Under the pieces are notes generated by a model, which worked only from the letters and a program-made list of their open reading frames with translations, did no database searches and was not told the origin of the DNA. Both the position numbers and the translations under genes were made by a program. Positions 46,542 through 58,138 of a stretch of DNA of 64,000 bases are shown here, piece by piece (position 1 is the stretch's first letter; each line of letters opens with the position of its first letter). Source of the stretch: Alteromonas arenosi (GTDB lineage: Bacteria > Pseudomonadota > Gammaproteobacteria > Enterobacterales > Alteromonadaceae); NCBI RefSeq assembly GCF_030362855.1, contig NZ_JAUCBP010000007.1:308675-372674 (forward strand), given 5' to 3'.

Positions 46542-49151
46542 ATGGCAGAAGTATCCATTGAAAAACTCGCCAGTGATATTGGCACAACGGTTGACCGTCT
46601 GTTAACTCAGTTCAAAGACGCCGGTATTACTAAAAGTGCGTCTGATAGCGTGACTGAAGACGAAAAGCGTCAGCTGTTAGACTTTTTAAGCAAGCAGCAT
46701 GGCGGCACTGGCTCTGAAGCGCCCAAGCGCATGACATTGCAGCGCAAAACTACCAGCACATTAAGTGTTGGTAAGTCCAAAGCGGTCAAGGTTGAAGTAC
46801 GCAAAAAGCGTACTTACGTCAAGCGTACCGAAGTTGAAGAGCAGCGTTTAGCTGAAGAGGAAGCGCGTCGCAAGGCTGAAGAAGCAGAGGCGCGTTTGAA
46901 AGCTGAAAAAGAGGCGGCTGAAGCAGCTAAGAAAGCGGCTGAAGAGAAGGCGCGCAAAGCGGAAGAAGCGCGTAAGGCACAAGAAGCTGAACGTGCAGCG
47001 CGCGCTGAAAAGGCAAAGAAAGAGGCGGAAGAACGCAAAGCAGCAGAATCGGCACTGACGCCTGAAGAAAAAGCTGAACAAGAAGCGGCACGCAAAGAAG
47101 AAGAGCGACTTAAGAAGCAGCAGGAAGAAGAAGCACAGCGCAAGCTTGAAGAAGACGCTAAACGCGCTGCTGATGAAGCACGCAAGCTAGCGGAAGAGAA
47201 CGAACGTCGCTGGAAGGAAGAGGAAGAACGTCGTAAGCGCGAGGAAGCTGAAGAAGTTCACTTGCACTCCAACCGTTATGCTCAAGAAGCGGAAGACGAA
47301 GAAGACATGCAAGTTGAGCGCTCTTCACGTCGCCGCAAAAAGTCGCGCAAGAATGCCGGTGAAGACTTAAAACACAGCTTTAATAAGCCAGCACAACCCG
47401 TTGAGCGTGTTGTTAAACTGGGTGAAACCATCACTGTAGGTGAGTTGGCGAGTCGTTTGGCAGTTAAAGCGAACGAAGTTATCAAGACCATGATGAAAAT
47501 GGGCGAGATGGCAACGATCAACCAAGTACTTGATCAAGACACTGCTGTACTTGTGATTGAAGAAATGGGTCACAAGTATGAGTTGGTGAATGACAACGCT
47601 TTAGAAGAAGAATTGATTGCAGATTCTAACTCGGGTGAGAAAACGACTCGTGCGCCGGTTGTAACCATTATGGGTCACGTTGACCACGGGAAAACGTCAC
47701 TGCTTGACCATATTCGTCGCGCTAAAGTAGCAGACGGCGAAGCGGGTGGTATTACCCAGCATATCGGTGCATACAGCGTAGAAACTGATAAAGGTCGAAT
47801 CGCATTCTTGGATACGCCTGGACACGCAGCATTTACAGCAATGCGTGCGCGTGGTGCTACCGCAACTGATATCGTTGTATTGGTTGTGGCGGCTGATGAC
47901 GGCGTTATGCCACAGACTAAAGAGGCGGTTCAGCACTCGCGTGCAGCGGGCGTACCATTGATTGTTGCGGTCAACAAAATGGATAAAGAGACAGCTGACC
48001 CCGATCGCGTAAAAACCGAGCTTTCACAATTAGAAGTTATTTCTGAAGAGTGGGGCGGTGAGCACCAGTTCGTCAATGTATCTGCCAAAACGGGTATGGG
48101 GATTGATGAATTACTCGATGCTATTACCTTGCAAGCAGAGCTACTTGATTTACAAGCGGTTAGCAAAGGCGCAGGTCGCGGTATCGTTATTGAGTCACGC
48201 TTGGATAAAGGTCGTGGTCCAGTTGCATCGGTATTGGTGCAGCAAGGTGAGTTGCGTACTGGTGACATTTTACTGTGTGGCGAAGAGTACGGTCGTGTGC
48301 GTGCGATGCGCGATGAGAACGGTAAAGAAGTTAAGGTTGCAGGTCCATCAACGCCAGTAGAAGTACTCGGCCTTTCAGGCGTACCTATTGCTGGTGAAGA
48401 CGCGTTAGTGGTACAAGACGAGCGTAAAGCGCGTGAAGTTGCCGCTAAACGTCACGCTAAACAGCGTGAGCTGAAACTAGCCAAGCAGCAAAAAGCGAAA
48501 CTGGAAAACATGTTCGCTAACATGGAAGCCGGTGATGTGAGCGAGTTGAACGTTGTACTTAAAGCTGACGTTCAAGGCTCTGTAGAAGCGATTTCTGAAT
48601 CACTTATCAAGCTGTCTACTAGCGAAGTTAAGGTTAACATCGTCGGTAGCGGTGTGGGTGGTATCACGGAAACTGACGCCAGCTTAGCTGCGGCTTCGAG
48701 TGCAATTATCGTAGGCTTTAACGTTCGTGCAGATGCTACAGCACGCCGCGTGATTGAAGCTGAAGAAATTGACTTGCGATACTACAGCGTAATCTACAAC
48801 TTGATTGACGAAGTTAAGCAAGCGATGAGCGGTATGCTTGCGCCAGAGTTTAAACAAGAAATCATGGGACTTGCCGAAGTGCGTGATGTGTTTAAATCAC
48901 CGAAACTGGGTGCCATTGCAGGTTGTATGGTTACCGAAGGTACGGTTAAACGCAGTAACCCAATCCGCGTATTGCGCGACAACGTCGTAATTTACGAAGG
49001 TGAACTTGAGTCATTGCGTCGCTTTAAAGACGACGTACAAGAAGTTCGCAACGGTATGGAGTGTGGTATCGGCGTGAAGAACTACAATGATGTAAAAGTC
49101 GGCGACCAGATTGAGGTCTTCGAGGTTGTTGAAGTTAAACGCGAAATCTAG
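46542..49151 (+). CDS. infB: Translation initiation factor IF-2.
   Basis: 869 aa with an N-terminal Glu/Ala/Lys-rich low-complexity region, G-domain motifs ([18 protein letters not shown]) and a C-terminal beta-barrel. Confidence 0.95.
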   Translation: MAEVSIEKLASDIGTTVDRLLTQFKDAGITKSASDSVTEDEKRQLLDFLSKQHGGTGSEAPKRMTLQRKTTSTLSVGKSKAVKVEVRKKRTYVKRTEVEEQRLAEEEARRKAEEAEARLKAEKEAAEAAKKAAEEKARKAEEARKAQEAERAARAEKAKKEAEERKAAESALTPEEKAEQEAARKEEERLKKQQEEEAQRKLEEDAKRAADEARKLAEENERRWKEEEERRKREEAEEVHLHSNRYAQEAEDEEDMQVERSSRRRKKSRKNAGEDLKHSFNKPAQPVERVVKLGETITVGELASRLAVKANEVIKTMMKMGEMATINQVLDQDTAVLVIEEMGHKYELVNDNALEEELIADSNSGEKTTRAPVVTIMGHVDHGKTSLLDHIRRAKVADGEAGGITQHIGAYSVETDKGRIAFLDTPGHAAFTAMRARGATATDIVVLVVAADDGVMPQTKEAVQHSRAAGVPLIVAVNKMDKETADPDRVKTELSQLEVISEEWGGEHQFVNVSAKTGMGIDELLDAITLQAELLDLQAVSKGAGRGIVIESRLDKGRGPVASVLVQQGELRTGDILLCGEEYGRVRAMRDENGKEVKVAGPSTPVEVLGLSGVPIAGEDALVVQDERKAREVAAKRHAKQRELKLAKQQKAKLENMFANMEAGDVSELNVVLKADVQGSVEAISESLIKLSTSEVKVNIVGSGVGGITETDASLAAASSAIIVGFNVRADATARRVIEAEEIDLRYYSVIYNLIDEVKQAMSGMLAPEFKQEIMGLAEVRDVFKSPKLGAIAGCMVTEGTVKRSNPIRVLRDNVVIYEGELESLRRFKDDVQEVRNGMECGIGVKNYNDVKVGDQIEVFEVVEVKREI

Positions 49152-49229
49152 CATTTCAATTGCCAAATAAGCGTTGAACGGAGGCATAAGCCTCCGTTTT
49201 GCGCTCTGAGAAAGATTTAGGAGTACACC

Positions 49230-49637
49230 ATGGCACGCGAGTTTTCTCGAACTGACCGGGTAGGCCAACAAGTCCACAAAGAAGTGGCAAGTATTTTACA
49301 AAATGAAGTAAAGCATCGCATTCCCGAGCTGATTATGGTGACGGTTTCTGGGGTGGAAGTGTCGCGCGACCTTGCACATGCAAAGGTTTTTGTGACCTTT
49401 TACGACAACGACGAGAAGGTTGTTGAAGCAAACTTAAAGCTGCTACAGGAGCAAAAAGGTATGGTGCGTTCGTTACTGGCAAAGCGCCTGCGCATGCGCT
49501 CGGTACCGGCTATCCATTTCTTCCGTGATGCATCGCTAACCGAAGGGATCCGCATCTCAAATCTTGTTTCACAGACTATCGCTGATGATAAGCGCAGAGC
49601 CGGTGAAGAGCCAAGCGATACGGACGAACAAGACTAG
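49230..49637 (+). CDS. rbfA: Ribosome-binding factor A.
   Basis: 135 aa, RbfA-like from MAREFSRTDRV…. The position after infB is conserved. Confidence 0.95.
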   Translation: MAREFSRTDRVGQQVHKEVASILQNEVKHRIPELIMVTVSGVEVSRDLAHAKVFVTFYDNDEKVVEANLKLLQEQKGMVRSLLAKRLRMRSVPAIHFFRDASLTEGIRISNLVSQTIADDKRRAGEEPSDTDEQD

Positions 49638-50608
49638 TGGGGCGACGCAATAAGGGGCGTGCCATCCACGGCATGCTTATGTTGAATAAAGGCCTAGAGG
49701 TTTCCTCGAATGACGCCTTGCAACGCGTTAAGCGCTTATATAAAGCAGCAAAGGCAGGCCATACTGGTGCTTTAGACCCTCTCGCGACCGGCATGCTACC
49801 GATATGTTTAGGTGAGGCCACTAAGTTTTCCCAGTTTTTACTCGATGCCGATAAAACCTATGAAGTTGTTGCGACTTTTGGCGTTCGCACTACCACTTCA
49901 GATGCTGATGGTGAAGTTGTTGCAGAAGCTGACGTTGACCTAAGTGAAGAGCAGTTGAACCAGCTCATTGATGAGTTTAAAGGGCCCAGTAAACAAGTGC
50001 CTTCCATGTATTCGGCGTTAAAACACAACGGAAAACCTTTGTATTGGTATGCGCGACAAGGAATAACCGTTGAACGTCCTGCTCGTGATATCAACATTTT
50101 TGTATTGGAGTTATTGAGCTTTGACGGCACGAATGCCCATATGCGTGTGCATTGTTCTAAGGGTACCTACATCCGCACGCTAGTGGATGATATGGGCCAG
50201 GCGGCAGGTTGTGGTGCCTATGTCTCCAAGTTACATCGTGTAGCCGTTTCGCAATACAGCGCTGAACCCATGTATACATTAACTGAGCTTGAAGCCATGC
50301 AAAGTAGTGACGAGGGCGATTTTAGTGCGCTAGATCAGCTCCTTCTACCCATGGAGGCAGCAGCCATGGATTTACCGGCAATGGATGTTGACTTCGCACT
50401 AGGTGATAGGTTTTTACACGGTCAAAGCGTTCCGTGTTCGATTGCAGCTGAGCTCGGTCAGTTTGTGCGGATTTATCAACAATGTGAAGAAGGTGAAAAA
50501 CGCTTTATTGGCGTGGGTGAACACATTGAAAAAGCCCGCGATCAATCGCCGCAACTATTTGACCGTTACACTTTTGTACGCCCAAAGCGGTTAGTGGTGT
50601 TCAATTAA
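49637..50608 (+). CDS. truB: tRNA pseudouridine(55) synthase.
   Basis: Conserved TruB motifs are present (…AGHTGALDPLATGMLPICLGEATKF…). The GTG start overlaps the rbfA stop. Confidence 0.95.
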   Translation: MGRRNKGRAIHGMLMLNKGLEVSSNDALQRVKRLYKAAKAGHTGALDPLATGMLPICLGEATKFSQFLLDADKTYEVVATFGVRTTTSDADGEVVAEADVDLSEEQLNQLIDEFKGPSKQVPSMYSALKHNGKPLYWYARQGITVERPARDINIFVLELLSFDGTNAHMRVHCSKGTYIRTLVDDMGQAAGCGAYVSKLHRVAVSQYSAEPMYTLTELEAMQSSDEGDFSALDQLLLPMEAAAMDLPAMDVDFALGDRFLHGQSVPCSIAAELGQFVRIYQQCEEGEKRFIGVGEHIEKARDQSPQLFDRYTFVRPKRLVVFN

Positions 50609-50730
50609 ATCGTTATTTACTACCAACTTTACTTGCGTTAAGCGGCGGCATCGCTATAATACGCGCTCTTTTGGAATGGGCTGAATTAGTGATTGGTCAT
50701 TCCGGTATTTAAACTCATTAGGAGAATCCT

Positions 50731-50997
50731 ATGCTCACTAAAGAACAAACAGCAGAAATCATTGCTGAATATGCAACTAAAGAAGGCGACACTGGTTCAC
50801 CTGAAGTACAGGTTGCATTGTTAACGCACAACATCAACAAGCTTCAAGGTCACTTTGCGAGCAACAAAAAAGACCACCACTCACGTCGTGGTTTGTTACG
50901 CATGGTAAGTCAGCGTCGTAAAATGCTTGACTACCTTAAAGGCAAAAACGCTGAGCGTTACACTAGCCTAATCAAGCGTCTTGGCCTACGTCGTTAA
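50731..50997 (+). CDS. rpsO: 30S ribosomal protein S15.
   Basis: 88 aa and about 70% identical to E. coli S15 (…[24 protein letters not shown]…RLGLRR). Confidence 0.95.
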   Translation: MLTKEQTAEIIAEYATKEGDTGSPEVQVALLTHNINKLQGHFASNKKDHHSRRGLLRMVSQRRKMLDYLKGKNAERYTSLIKRLGLRR

Positions 50998-51012
50998 TCG
51001 ACTGCCAAGTCC

Positions 51013-51042
51013 AAAAAAAAGCGCCATATCGGCGCTTTTTTT
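51013..51042. terminator. Bidirectional rho-independent terminator after rpsO.
   Basis: aaaaaaaagcgcc-atat-cggcgctttttttt. It has an A-run on one side and a T-run on the other, so it serves both convergent genes. Confidence 0.8.
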
Positions 51043-51077
51043 GTGTCTTTAACTTTCTGCTATGAGCTTTAACTAGC

Positions 51078-51824
51078 CTAAGGACCTGTACTCGCTATTT
51101 TAGTCGCTAAATTACGCACTTCAGTTTCAACCTGGTTGAGGCGGGTAACAAGTGCTGCATTGCGCTGTTCTAGCAGAGTTAGCCTTTCCGTTGCCGCTTG
51201 CAGGTCGCGTTGTGTGCTACCAGCGCTAACCGATGCGCGTTCAAGTTGAACGTTTAACGACAACACTTCACTGGCTAAGCTATCGACCTGAACTAATAGG
51301 TTATCAAGTGTCTGCTTGTTGGTTGTACCTGTAGATGCATTCGTGCTTGTGGTGGAGCGCAATGCTGCGACTTGCTCATCAACTTTAGTTGTCAGATCGC
51401 CGAGTTCTTTTTGGTTGCGACGCCACGCCGATGCCCATAATTTATCCATTTGCTCCCACAACTCATCGGCGCGATTGGAAAGCTCGGATACTTTTACTTG
51501 CAGAGCAACGGTTGACTCTCCCAGATCTTCGCCGGTTGCCGACAAGCGATTCTCTAAATCAGCGATCCGCGCTTCTGCATTTTGCGCTGCACCAAGCTGC
51601 GTTTGTAACTGCATATACAAGTAACCCGCTGCACCACCAGCACCCAACGCTAAGATCAGTGCAAAAGTCGCTAAACCGTTACCCCCTGAGCTATTGCTGG
51701 AACCCGCAGGGGCAGCGCTTGCTGTTGTTTTTCCTCTTGCCGGCGGAGTTTTCTGTTGATGACCGCGTCTATCCTCTTCATCAAGTTTGATTTGTGGAAA
51801 GTCATCATTGTTATTTGCAGCCAT
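51078..51824 (-). CDS. Membrane-anchored coiled-coil protein of unknown function.
   Basis: 248 aa with a Gly/Ser-rich N-terminus, one TM helix (LATFALILALGAGGAAGYLYM) and a long heptad-repeat C-terminus (…LENRLSATGEDL…). Confidence 0.5.
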   Translation of the reverse strand: MAANNNDDFPQIKLDEEDRRGHQQKTPPARGKTTASAAPAGSSNSSGGNGLATFALILALGAGGAAGYLYMQLQTQLGAAQNAEARIADLENRLSATGEDLGESTVALQVKVSELSNRADELWEQMDKLWASAWRRNQKELGDLTTKVDEQVAALRSTTSTNASTGTTNKQTLDNLLVQVDSLASEVLSLNVQLERASVSAGSTQRDLQAATERLTLLEQRNAALVTRLNQVETEVRNLATKIASTGP

Positions 51825-51911
51825 AAAATTCCAAACTGAAGTTACTAAAATTCATAAATCTGCGCTCATGATACCGTTTTCGAGATCCATATACCATGTA
51901 CCGTATCGCCT

Positions 51912-53474
51912 TTATTCGTCGCTATTGCCAATCCATTCCACGCGATACAAGTCACGTCGCCTGTCGAGATAATTGCGTACCGAGCCTTCGTTTTGTAATT
52001 TGGTCAATTTGTCAAAATCCAAGTCTACAATTAAGGTCATTTCCGTATTGGGCGTCGTTTCTGAAACGATCGCATCGTGTGGGAATGCAAAATCTGACGG
52101 TGAGAAAACCGCCGTTTGCCCGTACTGAATATCGACGTTGTCAACTTTAGGTAGATTACCCACACTACCAGCAATTGCGACATAGCATTCGTTTTCGATC
52201 GCACGGGCCTGAGCGCAGCGACGCACACGCAAGTAACCATTTTTAGTGTCTGTCCAAAACGGCACAAAAAGCACCTGCATTTCTTGCTCTGAGAGAATAC
52301 GCGCTAGCTCGGGGAACTCTACGTCGTAGCAGATAAGAATGCCAATTTTGCCGAAATCTGTTTCAAAGGCGGTCAGCTGATTGCCGCCTTTCATGATCCA
52401 GTCTTCTTTTTCATGCGGCGTTGGGTGTAATTTAGGTTGTTTTTCTACTTGGCCATCGCGATGACAGAGGTAGCTAATGTTGTATAACTCGTCATCCTCG
52501 ATTACCGGCATAGAGCCAGCAATGATATTGATGTTATAGGACACCGCAAGATGTGACATCGCGGTCAGAATTTCTTCGGTATAAGTAGCCAAATGCCAAA
52601 TCGCATCGATTGATGTGTCCGATGGGCTCAATCCCATCAGCGGCGCATTAAAAAACTCTGGGAACAGGGCTACATCACATTTGTAATCGCTCAATGCATC
52701 GACAAAGTATTCAACTTGTTGCAATAGTTCATCGACGTTTTCAAAGTACCGCATTTGCCATTGTACGCAACCTATTCGGGCGGTGCTTTTCACGCCACCA
52801 ATTAAGTTGGGTTTTTCTGCGTCGTAATAAATATTGTGCCACTGTAAAAGCGTGGCATAACCCAACGAAGCCTTGTCTTCGGGTAAATAGGCTTTTAACA
52901 CCTGTTTGACTTCAAAACCGTTAGAGATTTGAAAGGTTAGGGTAGGATCGTAAATATCTTTTGATTTTACCCGCTCGATGTATTCATACGGACTCATGTC
53001 TTGTGCGTGTTTTGAGTAGTTGGGGATCCGCCCACCAGCAATGATCGACTTTAAATTAAGGTTGCGACACAGCTCTTTGCGCGCCTCGTATAAACGCTGA
53101 CCTAAGCGCATGCCCCGATACTCTGGGGAAACAAAAATATCGACGCCATACAACACATCACCATTGGGATCGTGGGTGGTTAAATAGGCGTCGCCAGTGA
53201 CTTCATTGTAGGTGTGCTTGTCGCCAAATTGGTCGTAATCAACAATCACCGAAAACGCGGCCGCAACGACTTTACCTTTGTCTTCGATACAAATCTGTCC
53301 ATCGGGAAACGTTGATATCTGGGCTTTGTATTCTTTCGGTGTCCATGCACCTCCCGCTTGTGCATATACGACATCCATGAGCTCCTTGATATCGGCAAAA
53401 TCCTTCATGGTTAAATGTCGCAACTCTAGTATGTGTTCCGGAGATTCCTCCGCCGTTGTAATGTTATCAGTCAC
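51912..53474 (-). CDS. Bifunctional GNAT acetyltransferase / carbon-nitrogen hydrolase (nitrilase-superfamily) protein.
   Basis: 520 aa with an N-terminal GNAT fold (…YGVDIFVSPEYRGMRLGQRLYE…) and a C-terminal CN-hydrolase fold (…FPEFFNAP…, …IGILICYDVEFPE…) containing the catalytic Glu-Lys-Cys triad context. Confidence 0.8.
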   Translation of the reverse strand: MTDNITTAEESPEHILELRHLTMKDFADIKELMDVVYAQAGGAWTPKEYKAQISTFPDGQICIEDKGKVVAAAFSVIVDYDQFGDKHTYNEVTGDAYLTTHDPNGDVLYGVDIFVSPEYRGMRLGQRLYEARKELCRNLNLKSIIAGGRIPNYSKHAQDMSPYEYIERVKSKDIYDPTLTFQISNGFEVKQVLKAYLPEDKASLGYATLLQWHNIYYDAEKPNLIGGVKSTARIGCVQWQMRYFENVDELLQQVEYFVDALSDYKCDVALFPEFFNAPLMGLSPSDTSIDAIWHLATYTEEILTAMSHLAVSYNINIIAGSMPVIEDDELYNISYLCHRDGQVEKQPKLHPTPHEKEDWIMKGGNQLTAFETDFGKIGILICYDVEFPELARILSEQEMQVLFVPFWTDTKNGYLRVRRCAQARAIENECYVAIAGSVGNLPKVDNVDIQYGQTAVFSPSDFAFPHDAIVSETTPNTEMTLIVDLDFDKLTKLQNEGSVRNYLDRRRDLYRVEWIGNSDE

Positions 53475-53525
53475 GCAATAATCCTATTTGGTTACTTCAA
53501 TGGAGAATGACAATTTAGCCAAACA

Positions 53526-56252
53526 CTATGACTTTGCTAGATTACGCAGTACGTAATGCAGGATGCCACCGTGTTGATAGTATTGCCATTCACTGGCAGT
53601 GTCGATGCGAATTTTTGTGGTGAACTCGATGGTGTTTCCATCTTCTTGTTCGGCAATAACCTCAAGTGCAGTTTGACCTTCAGTCAGCTCGCCAAAGGTA
53701 AAGGATTCGCGGCCAGACAAGCCTAATGAATCAGCACTTTCTCCCTTTTCAAACTGCAGTGGAAGCACGCCAAAACCGACTAAATTCGAGCGGTGGATCC
53801 GTTCGTAACTTTCCGCAATGACCACTTCAATACCGAGTAACTTAGTGCCTTTAGCCGCCCAGTCACGACTTGAGCCTGTGCCGTATTCTTTTCCGGCTAA
53901 AACCACCAGTGGTGTCTTGTCCTGTTGGTATTGCATCGCAGCCGCATAGATGCTTTGCGTTGTGTTCTCGGGGAAATAGCACGTAAAGCCACCTTCGGTG
54001 TCGGGCGCTAATTGGTTGCGCAGACGGGTATTACCAAAGGTGCCACGCATCATCACTTCGTGATTGCCACGCCGTGAGCCGAGGCTATTAAAATCTGCTG
54101 GTGATACACCTTCTTCCTGCAGATATTCGCCGACCGGACTATTTGACTGGATCGCACCTGCCGGAGAGATGTGATCGGTGGTAATAGAATCGCCAACTTT
54201 GACGATACAGCGGGCTTTTTCAATGCGCGGCAAATCTGACACTGCTGCTTGCATATTGTCGAAGAACGGCGGGTTTTTCACGTATGTTGATGCCGGCCAA
54301 CTGTAGGTTTTACCCTCTGGTACCGGCAGGGAACGCCATTGTTCAGTGCCTTCAAACACTTCCGCATAACGACTTTGATACATGTTTGCGTCAAGGTTTT
54401 CGGCAACGATTTGATTAATTTCAGCACGGGTTGGCCAAATGTCGCTGAGCATTACTGGGTTACCATTGTTATCTTGCCCAAGTGGCTCCGATGTTAAGTC
54501 GAGTGTCATGGTGCCAGCTAGCGCATAGGCGACTACCAATGGAGGAGAGGCAAGATAATTAGCGCGCACGTCCTGGTGAATACGACCTTCAAAATTTCTG
54601 TTACCAGAAAGGACAGACGTCACGGTGAGGCTACCGCGCTGTATCGCCTCGCTGATTGGCGCGGGCAATGGACCAGAGTTACCAATACAGGTAGTGCAAC
54701 CAAATCCAACCACATCGAAGCCGAGAGCTTCTAAATCATCTAATACACCGGCTGACTCCAAGTAGGCTGGTACCACTTGTGAGCCGGGGGCCAAGGATGT
54801 TTTGACCCACGGTTTCGGGCGCAAGCCTTTCTCACGCGCTTTTTTAGCGACTAAACCGGCGGCAATCATCACGTCTGGATTTGACGTATTGGTGCATGAA
54901 GTAATTGCAGCGATTACCACATCACCGTGCTTGAGGTGGTGCTTCTGACCATCGAGCTCAAACACCTCCATTCCTGAAGACGGTTGTTTACCGATTGCCG
55001 ATGCTCCGCCTTCATCAGCGAAACGCGCAAGGGTCTCATTATTCAAATCGAAACCTTGCAACTGCATATGCTCAATGAAATTAGATTTTGCTTCTGTTAA
55101 TGCAATTTTGTCTTGGGGCCGTTTAGGACCAGCAATACTCGGAATAACTGTGCTGAGGTCGAGCGTCAATGTATCGGTATAATCAGCGTGGGGCTGACCG
55201 TCATTACGCCATAAGCCTTGGTGTTTCGCATAGGCTTCAACTACGTCAATGTGCGACTGTTCACGACCGCTGAGTCGCAAGTACTTTAAGGTTTCATCGT
55301 CGATTGGGAAGATGCCACAAGTAGCCCCGTACTCTGGCGCCATATTAGCAATCGTTGCACGGTCGGCAAGCGGCAGGTTTGACAAACCATCGCCAAAAAA
55401 CTCGACAAATTTACCGACCACACCTTTCTCTCGCAGCATTTGCGTAACGGTTAACACCAGATCAGTAGCGGTAGCTCCTTCGGGTAATGCGCCTTCAAAC
55501 TTAAAGCCGATAACTTCAGGGAGTAGCATACTGATCGGTTGGCCAAGCATAGCTGCCTCGGCTTCAATCCCGCCAACACCCCAACCTAGGATCCCCAGAC
55601 CATTGATCATCGTTGTGTGAGAGTCGGTGCCGACCAATGTATCGGGATAAAGCATTGTTTCTCCCGATTGTTCATTTTGCATCACCACTTGGCCCAAGTA
55701 TTCAAGATTGACTTGGTGCACAATGCCCGTTCCTGGCGGGACAACACGGAAATTCGAAAAGGCTTTTTGGCCCCAACGTAAGAATTGGTAGCGCTCTTGA
55801 TTACGCTCAAATTCTTTCGTTGTATTTTGTTCTAAAGCCTTGTCGGTACCGAAAAAATCGACCATAACCGAGTGGTCAATGACAAGGTCAACAGGCACCT
55901 GAGGGTTGATCTTGTCAGCCTCGCCCTCTAAGCCAATGATTGCATCACGCATGGCTGCCAAGTCGACAATGGCAGGCACACCGGTAAAGTCTTGCAATAC
56001 CACGCGTGCAGGTGCAAATGCGACTTGTTCACTTGGCGTTGCATTGGGCTCCCAATTGATAACGGCTTCAATGTCAGTTTTGGTAACGTGAAGGTCATCT
56101 TCTTTGCGTAGCAAGTTTTCGAGTAATATTTTTATACTGAAGGGCAAGCGCGCAATTTTATCCTGCGCAGGAAGTGCGCTTAGTTCATAAATCGTATACG
56201 CTTCACCCGCAATATCAATTTGCTTGGCTGCATCAAAGCTGTTTAGGCTCAT
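53526..56252 (-). CDS. acnA: Aconitate hydratase A.
   Basis: Fe-S aconitase motifs are present (…[13 protein letters not shown]…, [26 protein letters not shown]) plus the swivel domain. The start is placed at MSLNSF (56252); the track ORF begins 20 codons earlier. Confidence 0.9.
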   Translation of the reverse strand: MSLNSFDAAKQIDIAGEAYTIYELSALPAQDKIARLPFSIKILLENLLRKEDDLHVTKTDIEAVINWEPNATPSEQVAFAPARVVLQDFTGVPAIVDLAAMRDAIIGLEGEADKINPQVPVDLVIDHSVMVDFFGTDKALEQNTTKEFERNQERYQFLRWGQKAFSNFRVVPPGTGIVHQVNLEYLGQVVMQNEQSGETMLYPDTLVGTDSHTTMINGLGILGWGVGGIEAEAAMLGQPISMLLPEVIGFKFEGALPEGATATDLVLTVTQMLREKGVVGKFVEFFGDGLSNLPLADRATIANMAPEYGATCGIFPIDDETLKYLRLSGREQSHIDVVEAYAKHQGLWRNDGQPHADYTDTLTLDLSTVIPSIAGPKRPQDKIALTEAKSNFIEHMQLQGFDLNNETLARFADEGGASAIGKQPSSGMEVFELDGQKHHLKHGDVVIAAITSCTNTSNPDVMIAAGLVAKKAREKGLRPKPWVKTSLAPGSQVVPAYLESAGVLDDLEALGFDVVGFGCTTCIGNSGPLPAPISEAIQRGSLTVTSVLSGNRNFEGRIHQDVRANYLASPPLVVAYALAGTMTLDLTSEPLGQDNNGNPVMLSDIWPTRAEINQIVAENLDANMYQSRYAEVFEGTEQWRSLPVPEGKTYSWPASTYVKNPPFFDNMQAAVSDLPRIEKARCIVKVGDSITTDHISPAGAIQSNSPVGEYLQEEGVSPADFNSLGSRRGNHEVMMRGTFGNTRLRNQLAPDTEGGFTCYFPENTTQSIYAAAMQYQQDKTPLVVLAGKEYGTGSSRDWAAKGTKLLGIEVVIAESYERIHRSNLVGFGVLPLQFEKGESADSLGLSGRESFTFGELTEGQTALEVIAEQEDGNTIEFTTKIRIDTASEWQYYQHGGILHYVLRNLAKS

Positions 56253-56385
56253 TGTTGTTCCTTTTACGCTGATCACTGAATTTTGTACGCAGCGAGCAAA
56301 TATTTTGCTCACCGACGATAAAACTATTGTTTAATAAGGTTAAATTGTAGTCTAGACCAATGGTTTCACAACGCTGAGGGAGATT

Positions 56386-57660
56386 ATGAGTGAAACAGTT
56401 TTGCACCAACGGATTGCTCAGGCGTTACAGCAGAGTCGTGGTCAATTAACCGGTGTACTCCTGAGGCTTGTTGGGCCGTCGAATTTAGACTTGGCTCAAG
56501 ATATTGTGCAAGACACGTTCATTCAAGCGCTCGAGCGATGGCCACTTGATGGGATACCCCAACAACCGACCGCTTGGCTTACGACCGTAGCAAAGCGTAA
56601 AACACTTGATGCGTTGCGAGCGCAAGATGTCAGACTCAAGTATGCAGAGCGTTTAGCCGAGCCCCTAACCAGTGAGTGGACGGTTTCCAGTACGGTTGAA
56701 AAGGCGTTTGACGCAGCGGTTATCACCGATGATGAATTGCGTTTGTTGTTTTGGTTAAGTAGTGCTGATATGCCACAACACAATCGCTTACCTCTAGTAT
56801 TAAAAACGCTGTGTGGAATGGACGCCAAGGCCGTCAGTCGCGCGTTACTGTTACCACTTGAAACCGTTAAAAAACGTCTAGTTAGAGCGAAACAAGCGAT
56901 ACAGTCCGCAGACTTTTCCATCCCCGAGGAAACACACTTACCTAATGCATTACATCACGTACATTTAGCGCTGTATTTAATGTTTAACGAAACGGTAAAC
57001 CAAGCTGGACCAGATTTGGCGACCCGCGAGCTAATAGCCACAACGGTAAGAGGCTATTTACGAATTATCCTAGACCACAAGGAAATTGCCTCTTCCGGTA
57101 GTTATGCGCTAATGGCGATTATCCAGTTTCACATGGCTCGTTGGCCAGCACGGTTCGACGAACATGGTGAGATGGTAGCGATTGATGAGCAAAACCGTGC
57201 GATTTGGCATACGGGTCTGTTTATTGACGCTGCGAAGCTGTTAGAGCAGGCGCTTGATATGCCACAGACAGAAGCAAGTCAGCGCTTTCTATTGGAAGCA
57301 TTGATCACCTATGAGCACAGTCGCGCTAGCTCATTTACGCACACACAGTGGTCATTGATAGTGGATTATTATCATAAATGGTACTTACTTGAGCCAACCC
57401 CGCCTGTTGCCATTAATTTAGCGGTTGCACAGGCTCAACATGGCGATATCAACGCTGCACTAGCGACTCTTGAGAATGTTGATAGCCGCTACTCGCCGGC
57501 GATTGCTGCGCGGGTTTTAGCGACTCAAGCGTTCGTGTCAGCGTTATCAAAAGATTCTATAAAGGCAAAGCTGTACCGTAACAAATGTGCTGCCGCCGGT
57601 TTACCCACAAAAGCATTGGCAGGTTTGGATAGGCAAATCAAAAAATTACTCAGCGACTAA
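56386..57660 (+). CDS. ECF sigma factor with a long C-terminal extension (ECF56-like, DUF6596/TPR-like).
   Basis: 424 aa. The N-terminal sigma2/sigma4 regions are …DIVQDTFIQALERW… and …TLCGMDAKAVSRALLLPLETVKKRLVRAKQAI…. A ~250 aa helical extension follows. A YciI-like gene lies convergent downstream. Confidence 0.75.
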   Translation: MSETVLHQRIAQALQQSRGQLTGVLLRLVGPSNLDLAQDIVQDTFIQALERWPLDGIPQQPTAWLTTVAKRKTLDALRAQDVRLKYAERLAEPLTSEWTVSSTVEKAFDAAVITDDELRLLFWLSSADMPQHNRLPLVLKTLCGMDAKAVSRALLLPLETVKKRLVRAKQAIQSADFSIPEETHLPNALHHVHLALYLMFNETVNQAGPDLATRELIATTVRGYLRIILDHKEIASSGSYALMAIIQFHMARWPARFDEHGEMVAIDEQNRAIWHTGLFIDAAKLLEQALDMPQTEASQRFLLEALITYEHSRASSFTHTQWSLIVDYYHKWYLLEPTPPVAINLAVAQAQHGDINAALATLENVDSRYSPAIAARVLATQAFVSALSKDSIKAKLYRNKCAAAGLPTKALAGLDRQIKKLLSD

Positions 57661-57690
57661 CCTGCGAAAGCTCGTTAGTCGCCGCGAGAT

Positions 57691-58050
57691 TTAGTGTTCG
57701 CTTTCCAATTGCATGATTTCGCGAACTTCTACTTTGATTTTTGGATAGTTAAAGATTGGGCAGCGCTGGGCAATCTCTACTGCTTCATCAATACTGCTGG
57801 CAGCGATAATCGAATAGCCACTAACTAATTCATTAAACTCTGCCGCTGCGATATCGGTTACCACGTGGTCACCGTTGATGCGCTTGCCGGCATAGTGTAG
57901 GGGGTTTCCACCTGACACCAGCTGGCCTTTCTCTGCTAGCGCGTTCATCCAGTCTTCCCATTTTTGCATGACATTTTGAAAGTCTTCACCGCTCATATTG
58001 TCATGTGCATCGGGATCGCCACCTTGATAGATCAACATGTATTCTTGCAT
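57691..58050 (-). CDS. YCII-related (DGPF) domain protein.
   Basis: 119 aa, MQEYMLIYQGGDP…VSGGNPL…; a YciI-like fold that commonly partners ECF56-type sigma factors. Confidence 0.7.
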   Translation of the reverse strand: MQEYMLIYQGGDPDAHDNMSGEDFQNVMQKWEDWMNALAEKGQLVSGGNPLHYAGKRINGDHVVTDIAAAEFNELVSGYSIIAASSIDEAVEIAQRCPIFNYPKIKVEVREIMQLESEH

Positions 58051-58138
58051 TGTTATTTCCTCTTTTAAGTGTTTTGCATTTGCTATGCATAACTATGACG
58101 GTTGAAGGATCCCATCGAGGACACTTGTTAGAAAAAAA

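Noticed and set aside
46814-47185. Antisense ORFs (123 aa and 77 aa) inside infB.
   Set aside because: They lie on the opposite strand of the Glu/Ala/Lys-rich low-complexity N-terminal region of IF-2. They are compositional artefacts (Ala/Ser/Arg or Phe/Cys/Leu runs) with no start context.
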